From positions 1-32,406 of the forward strand of contig MFMT01000040.1 of assembly GCA_001783565.1 (NCBI GenBank): a stretch of DNA of 32,406 nt. Direction: 5' to 3'. The position numbers and the translations under genes were made by a program. This document shows, in pieces, positions 25,587 through 32,406 of this stretch. The first letter of the stretch is position 1. Each line of letters opens with the position of its first letter. The notes beneath the pieces were generated by a model. It was not told the origin of the DNA, did no database searches, and saw only the letters and a program-made list of their open reading frames with translations. Origin of the DNA: Candidatus Kaiserbacteria bacterium RIFOXYD1_FULL_42_15. GTDB taxonomy: Bacteria > Patescibacteriota > Minisyncoccia > Phycocordibacterales > UBA918.

Positions 25587-25673
25587 TCATCTGCTTCGTC
25601 AGACTGCGGTAATTTTAGACTCACCGTACCGACGTACGGCTCGTCTAAAATTCCTTGTCTTCCTCGCATCTAA
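25587..25673 (+). repeat. 87-bp exact repeat, copy 2 (after rpsR)
   Basis: Identical to 25183-25269, at an offset of 404 bp. Confidence 0.95.
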
Positions 25674-25708
25674 GTCATTGGAAAAAATTTAAAAAATAAA
25701 CACCAACA

Positions 25709-25747
25709 ACACAAAACCCCCGCGGCTCTGCCGCGGGGGTTTTGTGT
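25709..25747 (+). terminator. strong intrinsic terminator of the rpsF-ssb-rpsR transcript
   Basis: ACACAAAACCCCCGCGG / CCGCGGGGGTTTTGTGT form a 17-bp stem with loop CTCTG. Confidence 0.75.
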
Positions 25748-25758
25748 CTCTAGCTTCT

Positions 25759-26133
25759 GTCTTCGCGAGTGAGAAAGCGTGGGTGAGAAAGTCCAGTGGA
25801 CTTTCGCAAGAGGTTGCCTGCTATTTTGAAAAAATAGCGACAAGGTGTACAGTCCCTGTAAGGGAGGCGAAGCAATCCACGTTTTCGTTGTCCGTCTTTG
25901 CGAGCCACAGCGCGGCAATCCACGTTCGCCACCATCATGGATTGCCACGTCGTTCGTCAACGCCGTCTTTGCGAGTCGCAACGAAGCAATCCACACCGTC
26001 AAACCACCCTGGATTGCCACGTCACTCGCCTGCGGGCTCCCTCCTCGCAAAGACGCTTCGCGTCCGTTCACCACCGTCCGTCTTTGCGAACATGCCTTTA
26101 GCTGCGAGCGAAGCGTGGCAGGAAGCAATCCAC
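25759..26133. repeat. REP/BIME-like nested palindromic repeat cluster B
   Basis: Units: 25759-25881 (+, with inserted hairpins), 25893-25924 (+), 25938-25952 (-, half unit), 25964-25994 (+), 26010-26055 (-), 26079-26133 (+, long variant). Lies between the convergent rpsR and efp. Confidence 0.9.
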
Positions 26134-26143
26134 TCCCATCCAA

Positions 26144-26178
26144 AAACAATGACGGTCATCGGATGACCGTCATTGTTT
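26144..26178 (-). terminator. bidirectional intrinsic terminator downstream of efp
   Basis: AAACAATGACGGTCATC / GATGACCGTCATTGTTT form a 17-bp stem with T runs on both strands. Confidence 0.75.
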
Positions 26179-26218
26179 GTTTTTATTCTCGACCATTTTC
26201 ACACCCCGCGCCATTCAC

Positions 26219-26794
26219 TTATGCCTTCTCCATTCGTTCTGAATAGTCGCCTGTTTCGGTGTTAACTGAAACGATGTCACCTTCGTTAATAAACATCGGT
26301 ACCATTGTTTTGACTCCTGTCTCAAGAGTTACTTCCTTGAGGGCGCTGTTGGAAGTATTACCTTTTACAGCCGGCATCGCTTCGGTGACCTTGAGGTCAA
26401 CTTTGATAGGGAATTTGATACCAATAATTTCGTTATCAAATACGAGTGCCTGGACTTCTGAATGGTCTTTTAGATATTTACCTTGGTCGCCAATGAAGTT
26501 TTCCTTGAGAGAAAAACGTTCGGCTGGTTTGCCAGCATTATGGAACCAATATTCACCCGGCTTGCGATAAATAAAAACCACCTGACGGTTTTCCAAATCG
26601 GCCTCCTCGGCTGTTTCGCTAACATGAAAAGTTTGTTCCAACATCCGACCAGATTTCAAACCTTTGAGTTTAGTAATATTTACCGGCTTGCGTTGTTGTT
26701 TACGAAAAATATGACAAGATAACACTAAGCACGGCTCATCATTAAAAATGATGACTTTTTTCTGGATAATTTCACTGTATGAGAGGACTGCCAT
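26219..26794 (-). CDS. efp: translation elongation factor P
   Basis: 191 aa with the three-domain EF-P pattern (…TKLKGLKSGR…, VKGNTSNSALKEVTLETG, VPMFINEGD). The loop replacing KPGKG is atypical. Confidence 0.9.
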   Translation of the reverse strand: MAVLSYSEIIQKKVIIFNDEPCLVLSCHIFRKQQRKPVNITKLKGLKSGRMLEQTFHVSETAEEADLENRQVVFIYRKPGEYWFHNAGKPAERFSLKENFIGDQGKYLKDHSEVQALVFDNEIIGIKFPIKVDLKVTEAMPAVKGNTSNSALKEVTLETGVKTMVPMFINEGDIVSVNTETGDYSERMEKA

Positions 26795-26804
26795 TAAATG
26801 AAGA

Positions 26805-26936
26805 AACGAGCGAAGCGACTATTCTGAATTTTACCACTAGGGCATACCCGTTTTTATGGTCGAGCAAAGCTCTTCCTAAAAACTAGATAAGTTCCCGATT
26901 CGACCTACCGAGGGAGAATCGCTGGAACCAGAACTC
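26805..26936. repeat. family-2 dispersed repeat, copy 2 (degenerate, with a ~55-bp insertion)
   Basis: AACGAGCGAAGCGA..TTCTGAATTTT and CTACCGAGGGAGAATCGCTGGAACCAGAACTC match 10504-10581. The last 20 bp are identical. Confidence 0.7.
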
Positions 26937-27060
26937 ATGATTATCGATAAGCTCTATTAAATATGAATAATAGGTATCAGTTATACCAAAGTTGCACATT
27001 AAAAGCAAAGTATGTACAGCAATATCAGTAAGGATTAAGTGTTATTATATATAAACTCAT

Positions 27061-27651
27061 ATGGAATGGTTTTCAATCACTACTGAAGATACGGCCGAAC
27101 TACCCGATGAGGTGATTTTGAGGCGTTCGCAGTCCAAACCTTGGTTATACGAGCTTTTAGTCAATCGTTACCAAGCAGCTTTTTTGCGTAAAGCCACCGG
27201 AATTATTCGCAATCCTGAAGATGCTGAGGAGATTGTCCAAGACACTTTCACTAAAATTTATGTTAATGCCGGCTCTTTTACTCCCCACGAAGGAGCCAAA
27301 TTTTCTTCTTGGGCTTATCGGATTTTACTAAATACCACCTACACCTATTATCAAAAACGTATCAAGCAGGGGCAGAGGTTTATGGTGTTTGACCCTGAGT
27401 TTGAACAACTGGTAGCTGATGAATCAACAGTAGATGAAGAAGAAACCCGTGATGGGGTAGAGCGGATTCTAAAACGTCTCCCTGGGCACTTTGCTTATGT
27501 ATTACGTCTTCATTATCTTGAACATTGGTCCCATAAAGATATTGCAGTGGAGACTGGGGAACAGGTCGGTACTATCAAGGCGCGTATTCACAGGGCCAAG
27601 CACGCCTTCAAAAAAGAAAGCACACCAGAAGAGGTTGAATTAATCCTGTAA
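27061..27651 (+). CDS. RNA polymerase sigma factor, ECF (group 4) type
   Basis: Region 2 is DAEEIVQDTFTKIY..FSSWAYRILLN. Region 4 is YVLRLHYLEHWSHKDIAVETGEQVGTIKARIHRAK. Confidence 0.88.
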   Translation: MEWFSITTEDTAELPDEVILRRSQSKPWLYELLVNRYQAAFLRKATGIIRNPEDAEEIVQDTFTKIYVNAGSFTPHEGAKFSSWAYRILLNTTYTYYQKRIKQGQRFMVFDPEFEQLVADESTVDEEETRDGVERILKRLPGHFAYVLRLHYLEHWSHKDIAVETGEQVGTIKARIHRAKHAFKKESTPEEVELIL

Positions 27652-27685
27652 CCTTATATACGTACCCTATGTTATATATCATGAT

Positions 27686-28024
27686 ATGAATAGTGTAACC
27701 GAAATAAAATTAAAGAGGATTGTCATGCGTCGCGTTTGGTACGGCTATACTATAAGCATTTTGGCTCATCGGGCTTTACTGCTTGGATTAGTGTTTGGTG
27801 TCAGTTCCATGTTATTTAAGGAATTAGTTTTTATTGAACGGATAGTGGACAATTTTCTACAAACTGAAGTGGGACAGTTGCCGATACAAGTCTGGCATAT
27901 TTTTATAGAAGCAGATACTCCCAGTCTTTTGGCTGGTGCTGTGATGGTGACATCAATCTTTTTATTTTTCCGTCTGATAATAGTCATGCCGGCATCAATC
28001 CCTTCTCGCCAAGTGTCAGTCTGA
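27686..28024 (+). CDS. small two-TM membrane protein, possible anti-sigma factor
   Basis: 112-aa ORF 35 nt downstream of the sigma gene with two hydrophobic segments. The function is guessed from position only. Confidence 0.55.
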   Translation: MNSVTEIKLKRIVMRRVWYGYTISILAHRALLLGLVFGVSSMLFKELVFIERIVDNFLQTEVGQLPIQVWHIFIEADTPSLLAGAVMVTSIFLFFRLIIVMPASIPSRQVSV

Positions 28025-28072
28025 TGTATCGAGTAGTACAGATAAATTAAAAACTCCCCGTCGCCATCATGT

Positions 28073-28386
28073 GTCTTTGCGAGTCGCAACGAAGCAATCC
28101 ACGTCGTCGTTCATGGATTGCCACGTCATTCCACTGCGGTGTAATGACTCGCAAAGACGCTTCGCACTCCGTCCGTCACGTCCCGTCTTCGCTATCCCGC
28201 CTTTAGTTGCGAGCGAAGCGTGGCAGGAAGCAATCCACGTCTGTTGTGTCTTCATGGCCTGCCTGCTGGCAGGCAGGCCACGTCATTCCGCTATCGCTCC
28301 ACTCCTCGCAAAGACGAAGTAAGTACTATTCACTAGTACCCTCCCATCTCCACCCGTCTTTGCGAACGATAGTGAAGCAATCCACG
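28073..28386. repeat. REP/BIME-like nested palindromic repeat cluster C
   Basis: Strictly alternating units: 28073-28103 (+), 28114-28159 (-), 28184-28239 (+, long variant), 28255-28316 (-, with inserted 11-bp-stem hairpin GGCCTGCCTGC/GCAGGCAGGCC), 28355-28386 (+). Confidence 0.9.
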
Positions 28387-28441
28387 TCGTCATGTATCAT
28401 GTCTGTCATTAAAACCTTCTAGCCCAAAATTATCCCCGTCT

Positions 28442-29521
28442 TTACTTACCAGCGTGCTCATCCTTCAATGCTTTTCGTATCAGTTTTAATATTTCGGTTT
28501 TTACTTTAGGATTTTCTCGTAAGTAAGTTCGGGCAGCATCATAGCCGCGACCAAGTTTAACTGTGGTTGATTCATCTCCACCGGGTGGGGTATAGCTATA
28601 TGAGGAGCCGGACTTAGTAATCAATTTGAATTTTTCACCAAGGGCCAGTAATTCTCCCTCGAGCGAAATACCTTCATTATAAATCAAATCAAATTCTGTA
28701 GTCTTGAAAGGCGCCGCCACTTTGTTTTTTACCACTTTAACGCGATGCCGACCACCAACTACTTCCTCACCTTTTTTAATTTGGGCAATTCGCCTAATAT
28801 CCAGACGAACCGAAGTATAGAATTTTAGTGCCTTACCTCCGGGGGTGGTTTCTGGGTTACCAAACATCACTCCAATCTGCATGCGGATTTGGTTGATAAA
28901 TATCACTACTGTTTTACTCTTGGCTACAATTGCGGTTAGTTTTCGCAGAGCTTGACTCATTAACCGCGCCTGTTTTCCCACATGATGCGCCCCCATTTCT
29001 CCTTCAATTTCGTCGCGGGGAGTTAAAGCGGCTACCGAGTCAATCACAATCACGTCAATTTTTCCGGTGCGCACCAAAGATTCAACAATCTCCAACGCCT
29101 GTTCGCCATTGTCTGGTTGTGAAATAAGTAATTCCTCTAGCTTGACTCCCAGATTTTTAGCATATTCTGGATCCATGGCATGTTCAGCATCAATGAAGGC
29201 ACAGATGCCGTTCATCTTCTGCGCTTCAGCAATGGCGTGTAGTGCTAGAGTAGTTTTACCAGATGATTCCGGTCCGTAAATCTCAATGATGCGTCCACGG
29301 GGAAAACCACCGATGCCGAGAGCATCATCTAATCCAATTGATCCGGTTGGTATGACATCAATATCCACCCGCCGGCTTTCGGATAAGGTCATGATGGCCT
29401 CATCGCCAAATTTAGTTTTGAGAGCGCGCAGAGTTTCAGCAATATCAGCCAACCCGCTTTCTTTTGAGGTGGCTGGTGCACCCAATACTTTGTCGGCTTT
29501 AGCTACTTTCTTTGGTTTCAT
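28442..29521 (-). CDS. recA: recombinase RecA
   Basis: [12 protein letters not shown] (Walker A), [10 protein letters not shown], and both L1/L2 loop regions. Confidence 0.98.
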   Translation of the reverse strand: MKPKKVAKADKVLGAPATSKESGLADIAETLRALKTKFGDEAIMTLSESRRVDIDVIPTGSIGLDDALGIGGFPRGRIIEIYGPESSGKTTLALHAIAEAQKMNGICAFIDAEHAMDPEYAKNLGVKLEELLISQPDNGEQALEIVESLVRTGKIDVIVIDSVAALTPRDEIEGEMGAHHVGKQARLMSQALRKLTAIVAKSKTVVIFINQIRMQIGVMFGNPETTPGGKALKFYTSVRLDIRRIAQIKKGEEVVGGRHRVKVVKNKVAAPFKTTEFDLIYNEGISLEGELLALGEKFKLITKSGSSYSYTPPGGDESTTVKLGRGYDAARTYLRENPKVKTEILKLIRKALKDEHAGK

Positions 29522-29522
29522 A

Positions 29523-29909
29523 TTATTTAGTTATTATTGATGCGGGAATATAAACGAATGATCGCACTACCTGTGTCCGCCTCCCGTAACGGTCAACAGC
29601 GGCGATGGTGGTTATAGTATACCCGTTTTCCAACACCAGCGCCTCATCAAAATGCCCATACTCGTCAGTAAATATTTGTCGTCCATTTAGGGTAATTTCC
29701 GTGATATTTTTAGCGGTGCCAGAGAGGGTGATAATTCGCTCATTTTGCACTCGATTTGGTTCAGAATCTAGGGTTATCTGAGGACCTTCAATCATAAATC
29801 GTGCCTGGAAGGCAATATAGGAAAAAAGCGAACCTAGGACAATTATAACAAAACTATATTTTAATATTATCCTCAGGGTAAAACGGGAAGTGGTAATAAA
29901 GTCAACCAT
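29523..29909 (-). CDS. membrane-anchored small protein with a predicted beta-rich ectodomain
   Basis: 128-aa ORF packed tightly between ftsK and recA (1-nt and 17-nt gaps), with an N-terminal TM segment. Confidence 0.65.
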   Translation of the reverse strand: MVDFITTSRFTLRIILKYSFVIIVLGSLFSYIAFQARFMIEGPQITLDSEPNRVQNERIITLSGTAKNITEITLNGRQIFTDEYGHFDEALVLENGYTITTIAAVDRYGRRTQVVRSFVYIPASIITK

Positions 29910-29926
29910 AATTAGTTGCCAGATAA

Positions 29927-32164
29927 TTAAAATCGTCTCTCGTCCTTTGGTTCATTAACCTGACCATCGTCGCTTTCTTCGTTTAATTGGTCATTTTCAT
30001 CGTCCAGGATTTTTCTCGGCTTGGCTCCATCGGCCGGACTAATAACTCCTCGTTCTTCAAGTAGGTCAACCAATCTAGCTGCTCGTGAATAACCAACTCG
30101 CAGTTTCCGTTGTATGTATGAAGTTGATGCTTTTCCGGCCTCAATCACTGCCTGCTTGGCGTCTTCGTACAATTCATCATCGTCACCACTGTCGTCACCA
30201 TCAATGAAGCCAATAAAACTGTCTCCGCTACCACCGGATTTTTCTTCCAAATTGATAGAATCTAGAGTTTGAGCTGAATCTTGCTTCTTTAGGTAAGTAA
30301 CTACATTCTTTATTTCTTCCTCAGACACAAAGGCAGACTGTAGCCGGATGGGGCGAGGGGAATCACTGGACTGGTAAAGCATGTCACCCCGACCGAGCAG
30401 TTTTTCTGCTCCCACTCCATCTAGAATAGTGCGCGAATCAATCTGCGAAGCGACATTAAACGCCAGTCGAGTAGGAATATTGGCTTTGATAGTACCAGTA
30501 ATGACATTAACCGATGGTCTTTGGGTGGCCAGAATTAAATGTATACCCACCGCTCGACTCATTTGGGCTAGCCGGACAATTGATGCTTCTAGTTCCCGGG
30601 GATAAGCATGCATCAGATCAGCCAATTCATCCATAATAATTACTATATACGGTAGTGGTTCGGGAATGCCCATTCGTTCTTCTTCAATTGAGCCGTTTTC
30701 TTCCCAATTTTCTTTGGCTGGTTTATAGACATTGGTATGATAAGTTTCTAGATTTTGGATTTTTTCGGTCTGGAGAATGTCGTAGCGTCGCTCCATTTCC
30801 TTGGTAGCCCACTTCAGCATCATCAAGGCCTTTTTTGCCTCGGTGATAACGGGAGCCAAGAGGTGAGGAATGCCCTCATAAAGAGTTAGTTCTACGCGCT
30901 TTGGATCCACCATTAGAAATCTTAGTTGGTCGGGTGAGTTTCTAAAGAGCAATGAGATGATAACGTTGTGCATCATGACTGACTTTCCGGAACCAGTAGT
31001 ACCAGCTACCAGAGCATGTGGCATCCGGGCGATATTAGTGAAATGGGCGTGTCCAGTCACATCCTTACCTAAGGCCACATAAAGCGGGTGAGGGGAGTCA
31101 GTATATTCTGGAGTTTTAAGCAATGACGCCAGCCCAATAGTGGAACGGGTTAAATTAGGGATTTCAATTCCCACCAATGATTTACCGGGAATCGGCGCCT
31201 CAATCCGCAGAGTTCCTGAGGATAAATTGAGTTGTAGTTCTTGTTGCAGTCCGACAATCCTGGCTATCTTTACCCCTTGAGCCGGCTTCAAAGCATAGCG
31301 GGTGATAGTTGGTCCAATCTCCACTGCATCCATCTCCACATTGATACCGAATTCCTTTAGGGTACGTTTGATAATATTGGCGTTAGCTTTAACATCACCG
31401 GTTTGGGGTTTGCCGACATCTTTCCTTAGCAGTGATAGTGGCGGATGCTCGTACGAGCCACTAAAAGTTGAAACCACAAAATCAGCCGATCGAGAAATAA
31501 ATTTATTGGATACCACTTTCATTAAATTTTGTTTCTCGGTCTCTTTGTCTGCCTCGCCAGCACTGTCGGCTTCGGTATCGTTACTGTCATCCTCAATGTC
31601 CTCCTTGGGAATAGTAAGGTTTTTAAGATCCTCATCCTCATCAACTTCTTTTGATTTAAATAAATGTGGCAGGCGTATCCCAGTATTGAAAATAAGGAAC
31701 ATGCTGATTAAGACAAATCCAGACAAAAATACCCCCGCCAAAGTACTCTCGACCAAGAACGATAAGGGGGAGAGAAGGGATTGACCGACCATACCACCAA
31801 GGTCATCCTGATAGAGTTCAAAGATACCAAGTACCGAAATAAACATGATGGCGATTCCGATAATTTTAGAAACACTAACCTCGTTGTTCTCCTTTGGGTT
31901 CAAAAAGGCAAACACATAAAAGATACATATTAGTGGTGCCAGATAAGCACCAGAACCAAATAGCCAAATCAAACCAATTTCTACATAGCCACCGACCAGC
32001 CCACCAAAGTCAAACAGAGCCGCCACAAAAAACACGCCGATGACCGACATCACTACCGCCCAGATTGCCTGACGTGCTTGTGGCGACAGGTCATCAAATA
32101 ATGATCCTGAAGACCTCACCACCTCTTTTTTATACTTACGTTTTGCCATAATTCCCGCATTCAA
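29927..32164 (-). CDS. ftsK: DNA translocase FtsK
   Basis: N-terminal TM segments, an acidic linker, the motor domain GTTGSGKSV (Walker A) and IVIIMDELADL, and a C-terminal winged-helix gamma domain SYIQRKLRVGYSRAARL. Confidence 0.95.
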   Translation of the reverse strand: MNAGIMAKRKYKKEVVRSSGSLFDDLSPQARQAIWAVVMSVIGVFFVAALFDFGGLVGGYVEIGLIWLFGSGAYLAPLICIFYVFAFLNPKENNEVSVSKIIGIAIMFISVLGIFELYQDDLGGMVGQSLLSPLSFLVESTLAGVFLSGFVLISMFLIFNTGIRLPHLFKSKEVDEDEDLKNLTIPKEDIEDDSNDTEADSAGEADKETEKQNLMKVVSNKFISRSADFVVSTFSGSYEHPPLSLLRKDVGKPQTGDVKANANIIKRTLKEFGINVEMDAVEIGPTITRYALKPAQGVKIARIVGLQQELQLNLSSGTLRIEAPIPGKSLVGIEIPNLTRSTIGLASLLKTPEYTDSPHPLYVALGKDVTGHAHFTNIARMPHALVAGTTGSGKSVMMHNVIISLLFRNSPDQLRFLMVDPKRVELTLYEGIPHLLAPVITEAKKALMMLKWATKEMERRYDILQTEKIQNLETYHTNVYKPAKENWEENGSIEEERMGIPEPLPYIVIIMDELADLMHAYPRELEASIVRLAQMSRAVGIHLILATQRPSVNVITGTIKANIPTRLAFNVASQIDSRTILDGVGAEKLLGRGDMLYQSSDSPRPIRLQSAFVSEEEIKNVVTYLKKQDSAQTLDSINLEEKSGGSGDSFIGFIDGDDSGDDDELYEDAKQAVIEAGKASTSYIQRKLRVGYSRAARLVDLLEERGVISPADGAKPRKILDDENDQLNEESDDGQVNEPKDERRF

Positions 32165-32275
32165 TAATGTTGTTCAACCAATAAATGTCCTCATATAATA
32201 ACATGCCCGTACATCTTTGTTTTCCACCGTTAGAAACATAATTTCTAAGCATTCATCACCCATCACCCGCCCATC

Positions 32276-32406
32276 CGTCTTTGCGAGCCACAGCGTGGCA
32301 ATCCACACCCGTCCCGTCCGTCACGCCGCCATCCGTCTTTGCCTGCCTGCGCATGCAGGCGAACCGCAGTGAAGCAATCCACGCCCACGGTCTTCGTGTC
32401 CGTCTT
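32276..32406. repeat. REP/BIME-like repeat cluster D, truncated by the window end
   Basis: Same-orientation units at 32276-32306, 32334-32383 (with inserted hairpin GCCTGC-GCAT-GCAGGC), and the start of a third at 32400-32406. Confidence 0.85.

Noticed and set aside
25785-25805. RNase P RNA P4-like string GAGAAAGUCC
   Set aside because: It is one arm of a simple perfect hairpin (GAAAGTCCA-G-TGGACTTTC) inside a repeat unit. None of the other conserved RNase P elements are nearby.
25670-26246. Track ORFs 25670..26149(-), 25744..26166(+), 25845..26246(+), 25898..26101(+) and 25750..25938(-) as protein genes
   Set aside because: All overlap each other in several frames and consist entirely of the REP-like repeat units and terminator hairpins. 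They have no RBS or recognisable fold and are read-through of palindromic DNA.
26885-26936. tRNA/tmRNA-like string GATTCGACC
   Set aside because: No acceptor, D or anticodon arms can be drawn. The segment is the decayed hairpin arm of the family-2 repeat.
28067-28422. Track ORFs 28067..28255(-), 28071..28322(+) and 28207..28422(+); likewise 3122..3328(-)
   Set aside because: For the same reason: these are translations of repeat clusters C and A (peptides such as VDCFVATRKDT and SLRVATKQST) and are not genes.
415-31784. Numerous antisense or shadow ORFs inside conserved genes (for example 415..699-, 6630..6959-, 17272..17646-, 23433..23672+, 31302..31784+)
   Set aside because: Each lies fully within a confidently identified gene on the opposite strand or in another frame, and has no independent signals.
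32276-32406. CRISPR array (also considered for 25893-26133)
   Set aside because: Unit length varies from 31 to 54 bp, cores differ between units, and orientation alternates in clusters A-C. Spacers are short and irregular, and no cas genes or leader are present.
1-32406. Alternative genetic code (UGA recoding, as in some CPR lineages)
   Set aside because: Conserved genes end at TGA where expected (tmk at 5603-5605, thyX at 3407-3409), and no conserved gene shows an in-frame TGA.

Overview
A 32.4-kb, gene-dense, moderately AT-rich bacterial fragment, about 27 protein genes, nearly all housekeeping. It holds rplK; a full dTTP-synthesis module (dcd, a long thyX, a frameshifted tmk, dut, glyA); four aminoacyl-tRNA synthetases (argS, ileS, glyQS, metG); recO; rpsF-ssb-rpsR; efp; an ECF-type sigma factor with a small membrane partner; and an ftsK-x-recA operon. 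The standard genetic code applies, since TGA, TAA and TAG all end conserved genes. The gene content suggests a Patescibacteria/CPR (Parcubacteria-like) genome: a short RecO, a TrpR/YerC-like regulator, a TM plus coiled-coil VanY peptidase, many small membrane proteins, and rplK without rplA. That assignment is inference only. I saw no rRNA, tRNA, CRISPR array, transposase or recognisable defence gene. Five things stand out. (1) IleRS carries a complete histidine-phosphatase (PGM-like) domain inserted in-frame into its catalytic core; this is my best candidate for something undescribed. (2) A 24-bp perfect palindrome centred on GTTAAC occurs four times in 930 bp around a TrpR-like gene, a 39-aa peptide gene and tatD. 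(3) Nested-palindromic REP/BIME-like repeats fill four intergenic loci and generate spurious ORFs. (4) Other exact repeats are an 87-bp pair bracketing rpsR, a 96-bp tandem unit at the rplK stop codon, and a hairpin element after argS and before efp. (5) tmk is broken at a G8 homopolymer. All homology calls come from motif recognition by eye; no searches were run.
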